DNA of 39,439 nt. Origin: Betaproteobacteria bacterium. Lineage in GTDB: Bacteria > Pseudomonadota > Gammaproteobacteria > Burkholderiales > SG8-39. This document shows positions 11,501-18,797 of this stretch, in pieces; the first letter of the stretch is position 1; every line of letters begins with the position of its first letter. The DNA lies in assembly GCA_029858545.1 (NCBI GenBank), contig JAOUFA010000001.1, positions 1 through 39,439 of the forward strand, written 5' to 3'. The translations under genes and the position numbers were made by a program. The notes beneath the pieces were generated by a model, which worked only from the letters and a program-made list of their open reading frames with translations, searched no databases and had not been told where the DNA came from.

Positions 11501-14386
11501 TCCGGCCTGTGGGGCTATGCCATTTCCGGTGACCTGCCCATCGTTTTACTGCGTATCGGTGACCTGACCAATATCGAGCTGGTGCGCCAGCTCATCCAGG
11601 CCCACGCCTATTGGCGCCTGAAGGGACTGGTGGTGGACATGGTGATCTGGAACGAGGACCGCGCCAGTTACCGGCAGGTGCTGCAGGACCAGATTCTGGG
11701 CCTGGTGGCGGTCGGTCTGGAAACCCAGGTGATGGACCGGCCGGGCGGCATCTTCATCCGCTCGGCAGAGCAGATTTCCGAGGAAGACCGCACGCTGTTC
11801 CAGACCGTCGCGCGCGTCATCCTTAGCGACAGCGCGGGAACACTGGCGGAACAGGTCAATCGCCTTGCCGCGGTGCAGGTGCGCGTGCCGCGACTCGTGG
11901 CGAGCCGGCCCAAGTTTCCCGAACTGCCCGCCGCCTTCGAACTGCCGCACCGCGATCTGATCCTGTCCAACGGGATCGGCGGGTTCACCCCGGACGGGCG
12001 CGAGTACGTCATCACCACCACGCCCGAACAGCCCACCCCGGCGCCGTGGGTGAATGTGCTGGCCAATCCCGACTTCGGCTGCGTCATCTCGGAGAGCGGC
12101 CAGGCCTATACCTGGGGCGAGAACGCCCACGAGTTCCGCCTCACGCCTTGGCACAACGACCCGGTATCCGACGCCGGCGGCGAGGCCTTTTACCTGCGCG
12201 ACGAGGAAAGCGGCCAATTCTGGTCACCCACGCCGCTGCCCAGGCGCGGCGCGACTCCCTACGTCAGCCGGCACGGCTTCGGCTACAGCGTGTTCGAACA
12301 TTGTGAGAACGGCATCCGATCCGAGCTGTGGGTCTATGTGGCCCAGGATGCGCCGATCAAGTTCTCCGTGCTCAAGGTGCGCAACACCTCGGGCCAGCCG
12401 CGCCGGCTTTCCGCCACGGGCTACGTCGAATGGGTGCTGGGCGACCTGCGGCCGAGATCCGTGATGCACGTGACCACCTCGGTTGCCATTGAGGTCGATC
12501 CCTACGTCGGAGCACTCTACGCGCGCAACCCCTACAACACCGAGTTTCCCGACCGGGTCGCGTTCTTCGATGTGGACGACGCGAACCGGAGCGTCACCTG
12601 CGACCGCGCCGAATTCATCGGCCGCAACGGCAGCCTGGAAAATCCGGCGGCGATGGCGCGCACCCACCTGTCCGGCAAGCTGGGCGGCGGTCTGGATCCC
12701 TGCGCCGCGATTCAGGTGGGCTTTGATCTTGCCGACGGGCAGGAACGCGAGATTACATTCAGGCTCGGCCTGGGAGGCATGCCGGGCGGCGGCGAAGTCG
12801 GTCACCTGGTGCATCGCTTCCGCGGCGCCGACGCCGCGCGGCGGGCATTGGAAGGCGTCTGGCAATATTGGAACCACACTCTCGGTGCGGTCCAGGTGAC
12901 GACGCCCGACACGTCACTCAATGTGCTGGCCAACGGCTGGCTGTTGTACCAGACCATGGCGTGCCGCCTGTGGGCTCGCAGCGGCTATTACCAGTCGGGC
13001 GGCGCGTTCGGCTTCCGCGACCAGTTGCAGGACGCGATGGCGCTGGTACACGCCGAGCCGGGGCTGCTGCGCGCCCAACTGCTCCTGTGCGCAGGCCGTC
13101 AGTTCCAGGAAGGCGATGTCCAGCATTGGTGGCATCCGCCCTCCGGCCGCGGTGTGCGCACCCATTGTTCCGACGACTATCTGTGGCTGGCCCTGGCCAC
13201 CTGCCGCTATGTGCAGTGCAGCGGCGACACCGGCGTGCTGGATGAATCCGTCGCGTTCCTGGAAGGCCGTCCCCTCAACCCGGACGACGATTCCTACTAT
13301 GACCTGCCCGGCTACTCCGAGGGCGTAGAGAGCCTCTACCAGCACTGCGTGCGGGCTATCCGGCACGGACTGCAATTCGGCGAACACGGCCTGCCGCTGA
13401 TCGGGTCGGGCGACTGGAACGACGGCATGAACCGGGTGGGTATTCAGGGCAAGGGAGAAAGCGTGTGGCTGGGCTTCTTCCTATACGACGTGTTGCGCCA
13501 GTTCGGCGATCTGGCGCGCCGCCAAAATGACGCCGCCTTCGCCGAATTCTGCGCAGTGGAAGGCAAGCGCCTGCGCGCGAACATCGAGCAGCACGGCTGG
13601 GATGGCGCCTGGTATCGCCGCGCGTGGTTCGACGACGGCACCCCCCTCGGCTCCGCGGGCAACAGCGAATGTCAAATCGATTCGATCTCGCAAAGCTGGG
13701 CGGTGCTCTCCGAGGCGGGCGACAGCGAACGCGCGCATATGGCCATGCAGGCCGTCGACGCCCGGCTGGTGCGCCGCGACCACGCCCTCATCCAGTTGCT
13801 CGATCCCCCCTTCGACAAGTCCAACCTGGACCCGGGCTACATCAAGGGCTATGTGCCGGGTGTACGCGAGAACGGCGGTCAGTACACCCACGGCGCCATC
13901 TGGGCGGCTATGGCCTTCGCCGCCCTAGGCGACAGCCGCCGTGCCTGGGAACTCACCACCATGATCAACCCGGCCAACCATGCAAAATCACCCGAGGCCA
14001 TCGCGGCTTACAAGGTGGAACCCTATGTCATGGCGGCCGACGTCTACGCCGTGACGCCCCACATCGGCCGCGGCGGCTGGACCTGGTACACCGGCTCGGC
14101 TGGCTGGATGTACCGGCTCATCGTCGAATCGCTGCTGGGTTTGCGGCTGGAGGCGGACCGGCTGCACGTTACTCCTTGCCTGCCGACACATTGGACCGAA
14201 GTGACAATCCACTATCGCTACCGGGAAACGGTCTATCACATCGCCGTTTCGCAAATCCGGGCGGGCGGCGATGGGAAAACTGGCGTAATGCGTATCAGCG
14301 TCGATGGTGTCGAATTGCATGACCAGGCGATTCCGCTTTGCGACGACCAACGGGAACACTCGGTCGCAGTGACGGTGCACGTGTAG
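5582..14386 (+). CDS. ndvB: cyclic beta-1,2-glucan synthase-like protein (NdvB/ChvB/Cgs type: GT84 glycosyltransferase, cyclization/glucoamylase-like domain, GH94 phosphorylase)
   Basis: 2934 aa. TM clusters flank a GT domain (ALVVVPTMLTSPQNID...LDTDSQLPRDAA...GYGILQPRV). The middle domain contains RTSPTNMGLALLANLTAHDFGY...FFNWYDT...STVDSGNL and SWSGSMFEYLMP...GMSESGY. There are two GH94 N-domains (LLSNGRYHVMVTNAGGGYS; LSNGIGGFTPDGREYVI) and a GH94 catalytic core (GFRDQLQD...VQHWWHP...GSGDWNDGMN). The first ~40 aa may be an over-extension. Confidence 0.85.
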   Translation: MGPAWKTGNSVLLRHWRRIGTGLSRARTAGSSAAEKSFDEEPPLRAELFSTEQMEQHGARLASVHRLKPGRVPDQLLSRLAANETALVETCDRLTVAIAETHRITPAGEWLLDNFYLVEEQIRTARRHLPKGYSRELPALAEGASAGLPRVYDLALETIAHGDGRVDPDSLGRFITAYQTITPLRLGELWAIPIMLRLALIENLRRVAVRIAGGRMHLDLAVEWASKLTRIARDDPKNMILVIADMARSKPPMTTPFVSELARRLQGHGPALALPLTWIEQQLAASGLSIEQLVRSGNQQQAADQVSISNSIGSLRLLGTMDWREFVETMSVVEQTLRTEPGAAYAAMNFASRDRYRHVIEQVAKASGLSEAAVSSHAIALARAGAARGGQTDRMAHVGYYLIDRGLTELERAAQARLPLAAMLRRWASRNPLLVYLGTITLLTLLLTSGLLAEAQTQASDVLTRGEIHWVLALTVILALLASSQLAVALVNWLATLLTSPHSLPCMDYSAGIPPESRALVVVPTMLTSPQNIDSLVEALEVRFLANRDDNLHFGLLTDFRDAAEETLAGDAPLLDLARQRIDAMNAQYARGGKDIFFLFHRPRRWNPHDKIWMGYERKRGKLADLNALLREGNGEGFSLVVGATAALAGVKYVITLDTDSQLPRDAARQFVGAMAHPLNRPVYDAALGRVSAGYGILQPRVSVSLSGASQSRYARLHGGEPGIDPYTRAVSDVYQDAFQEGSFIGKGIYDLDAFEQSLKGRFPENRILSHDLLEGCYARAGLLSDVQLYEEYPARYLADVNRRYRWIRGDWQLAAWVLPWVPGSDGRLRKNPLSALSRWKLFDNLRRSLVPAALTLLLLLGWTLFSSSLLWTLAVLGILLIPPVLATLPEVLRNPGDMRPDQHLAAAVHAAGQRIVQTGFALATLPHEAFYSLDAILRTLGRLLVTHKRLLEWNPSGDQERLSRRDLATSFRAMGFAPTLAAGTAIYLAASDPPALPVAGSILILWLVSPAIAWWISLPLTRRAARLTTEQTRFLGRIARKTWAFFDTYVGPEDHWLPPDNCQEYHDVLTVAHRTSPTNMGLALLANLTAHDFGYIPAGVLVERTSHTLKTMAELERHRGHFFNWYDTQSLRPLHPVYISTVDSGNLAGHLLTLRPGLIELIDRPILETRWLDGLGDTVGILEEAAGKAAPATLIQFRQDLETACASLPTTLPAAQMLLDRLARSAEAIGDELGNEPESQAGWWAQALVRQCNAHRDELTFLAPWANLAQVPEGLGDLPDVDAIPTLRALAELEVATSSRLANLSEADATPARATWLTELRRRVAQGSEHARARIAAIQSLALQVGEFADMEYGFLYDKASRLLSIGYNLDARRLDASYYDLLASEVRLCVFVAIAQGKIPQESWFALGRLLTRAGGEPILLSWSGSMFEYLMPQLVMPSYEHTLLDQTARAAVARQIEYGQQHGLPWGMSESGYDTVDVHLNYQYRAFGVPGLGLKRGLAEEMVVAPYASALALMVAPEAACLNLQRLAAAGAEGQFGFHEAIDYTPARQRRGESHALVRSYMAHHQGMSLLALACLLLGRPMQKRFASDPLFQATLLLLQERIPKASAFYAHAAELTGIQAGAGSPQMPIRLLDSPDTPVPEVQLLSNGRYHVMVTNAGGGYSRWKDLALTRWREDGTRDHWGTFCYLRDVESGAFWSTAHQPTLRRGASYEAIFSEGRAEFRRRDRGDDFDFDTHTDIVVSPEDDIELRRVRVTNRSTARRTIEVTSYAEVVLADPAADALHPAFSNLFVQTEIVAARQAILCTRRPRSRDEQTPWMFHLMAVHDGDVDGFSYETDRARFIGRGRSLAAPQAMDTAAALSGSQGSVLDPVAAIRSRITLAPGQSANVDQVYGIGDSREAALNLVEKYQDRRLADRVFELAWTHAQVVLRQINAGEVDAQLYGRLANSILHANTSLRADSSVLTKNRRGQSGLWGYAISGDLPIVLLRIGDLTNIELVRQLIQAHAYWRLKGLVVDMVIWNEDRASYRQVLQDQILGLVAVGLETQVMDRPGGIFIRSAEQISEEDRTLFQTVARVILSDSAGTLAEQVNRLAAVQVRVPRLVASRPKFPELPAAFELPHRDLILSNGIGGFTPDGREYVITTTPEQPTPAPWVNVLANPDFGCVISESGQAYTWGENAHEFRLTPWHNDPVSDAGGEAFYLRDEESGQFWSPTPLPRRGATPYVSRHGFGYSVFEHCENGIRSELWVYVAQDAPIKFSVLKVRNTSGQPRRLSATGYVEWVLGDLRPRSVMHVTTSVAIEVDPYVGALYARNPYNTEFPDRVAFFDVDDANRSVTCDRAEFIGRNGSLENPAAMARTHLSGKLGGGLDPCAAIQVGFDLADGQEREITFRLGLGGMPGGGEVGHLVHRFRGADAARRALEGVWQYWNHTLGAVQVTTPDTSLNVLANGWLLYQTMACRLWARSGYYQSGGAFGFRDQLQDAMALVHAEPGLLRAQLLLCAGRQFQEGDVQHWWHPPSGRGVRTHCSDDYLWLALATCRYVQCSGDTGVLDESVAFLEGRPLNPDDDSYYDLPGYSEGVESLYQHCVRAIRHGLQFGEHGLPLIGSGDWNDGMNRVGIQGKGESVWLGFFLYDVLRQFGDLARRQNDAAFAEFCAVEGKRLRANIEQHGWDGAWYRRAWFDDGTPLGSAGNSECQIDSISQSWAVLSEAGDSERAHMAMQAVDARLVRRDHALIQLLDPPFDKSNLDPGYIKGYVPGVRENGGQYTHGAIWAAMAFAALGDSRRAWELTTMINPANHAKSPEAIAAYKVEPYVMAADVYAVTPHIGRGGWTWYTGSAGWMYRLIVESLLGLRLEADRLHVTPCLPTHWTEVTIHYRYRETVYHIAVSQIRAGGDGKTGVMRISVDGVELHDQAIPLCDDQREHSVAVTVHV

Positions 14387-14396
14387 AACCCGTGTC

Positions 14397-14560
14397 AACT
14401 TACCACTAGACTCTGCTCCAATCGCCTTCTTCGGGCGGGTGTCGCGAAGCGAGATGGACATAATGCGCATTGCAGACCGCTCAGGGCGCGTTCCGGCGCG
14501 GGATTGTCGTGCGCAGGCAAGCTGTTCAGACTTTCGAGGCGCATTGATTTCCCTATCCGT
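14397..14560 (+). repeat. 164-bp structured interspersed element, full copy B
   Basis: Starts 10 nt after the ndvB-like stop codon (TAG 14384-14386). It is identical to copy A over element nt 52-164. Confidence 0.95.
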
Positions 14561-14984
14561 GTCCGATACGGTTCAGACCTTGCGTTACCTGCCGCCGACG
14601 ACCATACGCGTCGTTGCCGATCAACAGGGCCGTGACCATGCAAGTCTGTTGCCACATGAATTGATCGGCCAGGGACTGGAAGCTGTGCCGCCCGAGACAG
14701 CGGCGCACATTGTGCGCAGCGAGGAAGCTACCCTCCGCACATTGGTTGCGGTTGCCGAAGAGCTGGCCGCGACGCAGGCCAGTACGATACTGAAAGGGGC
14801 ACACACCCAGACACGCGACAACCTGTCGACGGAAATTAACCGGCTCAAGGCCTTGCGCCGGGTAAACCCGAACATCCGGGAAGACGAAATCGAACACCTC
14901 GAATCACATTGGCAAATACTGAGCCGGGTACTCGATACCGCCAAACCCCGGCCGGATGCAATCCGGGTGATTGTGGACACCTGA
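14561..14984 (+). pseudogene. rapA: RNA polymerase-associated SNF2 ATPase RapA/HepA, C-terminal ~140 aa fragment
   Basis: ...LRYLPPTTIRVVADQQGRD...STEINRLKALRRVNPNIREDEIEHLESHWQILSRVLDTAKPRPDAIRVIVDT* matches the extreme C-terminus of RapA (E. coli ...RLEALRAVNPNIRDDEL...RLDALRLIV). Homology begins immediately at the right edge of repeat B, and there is no 5' part of the gene. Confidence 0.8.
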
Positions 14985-15025
14985 TCCGTATCGCGTACGC
15001 TCACTGGTGAACGAAAGGCCGGACA

Positions 15026-15049
15026 CCCGGGAATCTCCAGCGTCCCGGG
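15026..15049. terminator. 7-bp GC hairpin between convergent rapA fragment and methyltransferase gene (weak terminator candidate)
   Basis: CCCGGGA-N10-TCCCGGG. There is no clear U-tract on either strand. Confidence 0.2.
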
Positions 15050-15061
15050 CGCCGCATGAGA

Positions 15062-15895
15062 TTAGGCGGGTTTTCGCGCGATCATTTCCACCGGAGCCAG
15101 CAATCCGGCGCTGACGTTTTCGACCAGGTTCTTTATCTTGGCAGGTGTGGTTGCCTGCATCAGCGTGTGCAAACCCAGCGGCGGCGGGCCACCATTTGCC
15201 TCTGTTTTCGCTTTCATCTGCTTGAAAAATTCAAGCCCGAATTCCCTCCGGTTCGTCTCCGCCGTAATCACAAAGCCTGCTGCGCCAAGAGCTTGCCTGT
15301 ACTGGTCCGGTGTCGCCAGGCTGCTGGTCATTCTATCCGTCGCCCAGGTTGCGGGATAATTCGCCTCACCGTCGCCGATCTGCATAATATCGTAAGCCCC
15401 GAACACCGCTCCCGGTCGAAGCACACGGTATACCTCGGCAAACAATTTCTTTTTATCCGCAATATTCATTCCAACATGCAACATAATCGCTCCGTCAAAT
15501 GACTCATCCTCGAACGGCATTGACAGTGCGCTCCCCTGTTCCAGTGTGACCTGCCTTTCCAGTCCGACCCAGGAACAAAGCGCATTACCGGTATCGATAT
15601 ATTCCTGTGTCAAATCGATACCGGTTACCCGTGCGTTGGTCTTTTTTGCCGTATACCGCGCTGCACCACCAAGCCCGCATCCGACATCCAGCACGTGATC
15701 CTTGTCTGTAAATTTCATTTGCTGCAGCAGGTGATCGGTTGCCAGGCGTCCGCCAATATGAAATTCGTCGACCGGTCCGAGGTCCTCCACGGTTATCGAG
15801 TCCACGGTTTTTCCCAGCTTGGGAATCGCCACCTGGATCGCGCCCAACAAATCCCCGTGGGTGTAGTGTTTCGATATCGCGTTTTCAATAGACAT
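15062..15895 (-). CDS. class I SAM-dependent methyltransferase
   Basis: 277 aa. SAM-binding motif I VLDVGCGLGGAARYTA, followed by VTGIDLT and LRPGAVFGAYD. GAGGAG Shine-Dalgarno upstream. Confidence 0.85.
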   Translation of the reverse strand: MSIENAISKHYTHGDLLGAIQVAIPKLGKTVDSITVEDLGPVDEFHIGGRLATDHLLQQMKFTDKDHVLDVGCGLGGAARYTAKKTNARVTGIDLTQEYIDTGNALCSWVGLERQVTLEQGSALSMPFEDESFDGAIMLHVGMNIADKKKLFAEVYRVLRPGAVFGAYDIMQIGDGEANYPATWATDRMTSSLATPDQYRQALGAAGFVITAETNRREFGLEFFKQMKAKTEANGGPPPLGLHTLMQATTPAKIKNLVENVSAGLLAPVEMIARKPA

Positions 15896-15992
15896 AATCA
15901 GATCTCCTCTCGTTATAGGCGGTTTGTGAAATTCGCCGATGCGTCACCGGCTGCAATAGAATTTCTTTGATCCGACAATTTACTCATCAGCA

Positions 15993-16823
15993 TCAGCTCG
16001 ACCTGATCATTTCCGGCATCGAATCCGGGTATCGCATTACCGCTTCATCAAGCAGGAACAGCTTGTCGGGAGGAACCTGTGGCCAGGCATGATGGGAGGT
16101 GTGTCGGAAGAATCCGTCGCTGACCCGCTTGCCATTTGTCATCCTCAACAAGATCTTTACAAACCCCGGTATCTTTTTGTCCAGCCCAAAGCGGTAGGTC
16201 TGCGTGTGTGAAAACCAGGAGAAACTCAGCCACGCAATCGCGCTCATTAATCGCACGGCCAGCACTACCCCCAGGTACTTCTCCCAGCCGAAACTCAGGA
16301 CGAACAGGACCAGTAGCGGCAGGTAGATGGCCAGGCGGATCCAGCGACTGGTCGTGATATTCCTGTTGCGGATATCGATCACGAGCTGCGCTTCCTCGAA
16401 GAACGTGCAATAAAACAGCGAACGCCAGAATCCACCGGACTCGTAGATGGAATGCGGATCCTTTAGCATATCTCCGCCCGGTACCTTGCCCGGCATGTGT
16501 TCCAGGTGATGCGTAAAGTGTTTCTTCCGGATGGAATCGATGGGCTCGGCCCACGGAACCGCAACAACTGCAAAATGCTCAGCCATGAGCTCAATCGCCC
16601 GCGGCCACCGTCGCAGCTGGTCGGTATGCATGCGATCGTGGGCGCCCATAAAGAACCGCATGTAGAGGAGATGAAATAGCAGGTAGAAAACGGGCCAGCT
16701 CAGGTAGTCCAGCGCGTAGGCAAATATGACTACGTACGTCATCGCGGTCATAAGGGTCACTTCTACGTCCAGAGCTCTCTTGGACTCTGCCGGTATATTG
16801 AATTCCTCGTCACCGATTTTCAT
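15993..16823 (-). CDS. membrane fatty-acid desaturase-family protein (three His boxes)
   Basis: 276 aa, hydrophobic. His boxes HDRMH, HFTHHLEH and HTSHHAWPQ, spaced as in the di-iron membrane desaturase/hydroxylase family. Confidence 0.75.
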   Translation of the reverse strand: MKIGDEEFNIPAESKRALDVEVTLMTAMTYVVIFAYALDYLSWPVFYLLFHLLYMRFFMGAHDRMHTDQLRRWPRAIELMAEHFAVVAVPWAEPIDSIRKKHFTHHLEHMPGKVPGGDMLKDPHSIYESGGFWRSLFYCTFFEEAQLVIDIRNRNITTSRWIRLAIYLPLLVLFVLSFGWEKYLGVVLAVRLMSAIAWLSFSWFSHTQTYRFGLDKKIPGFVKILLRMTNGKRVSDGFFRHTSHHAWPQVPPDKLFLLDEAVMRYPDSMPEMIRSS

Positions 16824-16886
16824 ATCAACTTTCCCTGCGATTCGCCATCTCTAGTCGTATTAATCCCTATGCATCGAGTGCATCCG

Positions 16887-17081
16887 TCAGACCGGACTGA
16901 TCAGGCTCTGGCCGCCAATGCCCCAGTTGTTCTCGCTTACCTCCTCGATTAGCACCCAGGTGATGCCCCGCATGGCCTCGCCCTCAATGGACACCATGGC
17001 ATCGGTCACCTTCTGGATCATTTCCCGCTTCTGTTCATCGGTGAAAACATTTTTGATCACGCTGATGGTCACCAGTGGCAT
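16887..17081 (-). CDS. 4-oxalocrotonate tautomerase-family protein
   Basis: 64 aa beginning MPLVTISV, which gives the catalytic Pro1 after Met removal. Tautomerase-like length and beta-alpha-beta pattern ([21 protein letters not shown]). Confidence 0.85.
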   Translation of the reverse strand: MPLVTISVIKNVFTDEQKREMIQKVTDAMVSIEGEAMRGITWVLIEEVSENNWGIGGQSLISPV

Positions 17082-17242
17082 GCACTCCCTCCTGTTGCGA
17101 TTTACGGGCTTTTCCAGTTATTTCATGCATCCTAAATCCATCAATCTCCGGATACCTGAAGTCGGCCAGGAGGTTTTATGGAGATTTTGTGGAGATAGTT
17201 TGCTAATTTGATATCTGGGGTATTTCCAGGGGGAGACTTTCG

Positions 17243-18778
17243 GTGCGGCTGATTTTCGGGGAATACGTGCTCGATACAGAGCTATTCGAACTGCGTCACA
17301 ACGGTGAGCGGTCCCCGCTTGAGCCGCAGGTATTCAACCTGCTGCTGTACCTGGCCCGCAACAGGGATCGTATCGTCAGCCGCCAGGAGCTGCTCGACAA
17401 ACTATGGGCTGGAAAGATAGTTACCGAATCGACCTTGAGCAGCCGCATCAAGGCCGCGCGGCAGGCAGTCGGTGACAGCGGGCACAACCAGAACTGCATC
17501 GCCACGTTCAATCGCCGTGGATACCGTTTTGTAGCCGAAATCGTCGAAGAACGGGAGCAGACAGGTAAGGAGTCAATTGACGTCTTTCCGAAGATGCCTG
17601 CTCCGCATCGGGATCAGCCCTCGCTGGCCGTTCTGCCCTTTGCACATAACCCGGGTGACGAAAAGATAGCGTGGATTGCCGAGATGCTGGGCGAAGACAT
17701 CAGTATCCAGCTGGCCCGAATCCCGGGGTTCCTGGTGATTTCGCGTAATTCCACCGCGTACTATCGCGGCCGCGAATTCACCATAGACCAGATCGGTCGC
17801 GAACTGGAAACCGATTACGTTATCGAGGGTTCGGTCTGGAATACCGGCGACAAGCTGCGTGTATCAGTACAGTTGCTGGAAACCTCCAGCGGCCGGTTTC
17901 TGTGGGCCAACCGCACGGAGTTACCGGCCAACAAACTCGGGGATTACCAGGATGACGTGGTGCGCGAAATCGTTGGTCAAATCGAGCCGGAACTGAACCG
18001 CGCCGAACTGCTTAGTTTGCGTCAACACAGACCGGTTGATCTCGGCGCGTGGTCACTCTATCGCCAGGGCCATGCGCTGCTCGGGATCAAAGGCTGGAGC
18101 GAAGAGACCTTTGCCGAAGCAGCGGACCTGTTACGCCAGGCAATTGCCCGCGATTCAGAACTGGCGTTTGCACATGCTTACCTGGCGCTGCTACTAGCCA
18201 TCGGGCATTTGATCGGCCTGGTCACGGACGATGCCAGTCGCGAGGAAGCGGTCGTCGCAGCGGAAACCGCTTTGGCACTCGATGGCCAGGACCCGGATAT
18301 TCTTGGCTACGTAGGCTGTGCGTTTGCCGACATGGGCGAGTTCCAGCGCGGCATCGGTATGATGCGACGCGCGGTTGAACTGGACCCGAGCAATGCGCAG
18401 GCGCATGCGGCACTTGGTTCCGCGCTACTGCACATAGGCGAGTTAGAGGGCATCGAAGAAATGCGCTACGGCATTCGCATCAGTCCCCGTGACAACCGTC
18501 TCGCTGCCTGGGGCGCCATGCTGGCACGCGGTCTATTAAGTCTCGGCAAGGTTGACGAGTCGATTGAGGCAGCGGAACACGCGTGCCGCTGTGACGACAA
18601 GATCTTCCTGCCACGCGTGGTACTGGCGGTGGCACAAAACACCGCGGGCAACCTGCAGGCCGCCCGCGCCGCGCTCGACGATGCACGCCGCATCCGGCCG
18701 CAACTGTCGTTGAATGACATTGCACGTTTTGCCAGCCCGGAGGAAATCTCAAGCCTTTCGCAAGCCGGCCTGGTCTAG
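17243..18778 (+). CDS. transcriptional regulator with an OmpR/CadC-type winged-helix DNA-binding domain and C-terminal TPR repeats
   Basis: 511 aa with a GTG start and GGGGGAGA Shine-Dalgarno. The N-terminus FELRHNGERSPLEPQVFNLLLYLARNRDRIVSRQELLDKLWAGKIVTESTLSSRIKAARQAVGD is a trans_reg_C-type domain. The C-terminal half has TPR-like repeats (AHAYLALLLA, DPSNAQAHAALGSALL). Divergent from the tautomerase operon. Confidence 0.8.
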   Translation: MRLIFGEYVLDTELFELRHNGERSPLEPQVFNLLLYLARNRDRIVSRQELLDKLWAGKIVTESTLSSRIKAARQAVGDSGHNQNCIATFNRRGYRFVAEIVEEREQTGKESIDVFPKMPAPHRDQPSLAVLPFAHNPGDEKIAWIAEMLGEDISIQLARIPGFLVISRNSTAYYRGREFTIDQIGRELETDYVIEGSVWNTGDKLRVSVQLLETSSGRFLWANRTELPANKLGDYQDDVVREIVGQIEPELNRAELLSLRQHRPVDLGAWSLYRQGHALLGIKGWSEETFAEAADLLRQAIARDSELAFAHAYLALLLAIGHLIGLVTDDASREEAVVAAETALALDGQDPDILGYVGCAFADMGEFQRGIGMMRRAVELDPSNAQAHAALGSALLHIGELEGIEEMRYGIRISPRDNRLAAWGAMLARGLLSLGKVDESIEAAEHACRCDDKIFLPRVVLAVAQNTAGNLQAARAALDDARRIRPQLSLNDIARFASPEEISSLSQAGLV

Positions 18779-18797
18779 TTTTTTACAGCACTGACAT

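Noticed and set aside
14452-14478. A dif/Xer-like site inside the element (reverse complement AATGCGCATTATGTCCA resembles the XerC arm GGTGCGCATAATGTATA)
   Set aside because: Only the XerC-arm half matches, roughly 8 of 10 nt. The central region and XerD arm do not match, and copy C has diverged at these positions.
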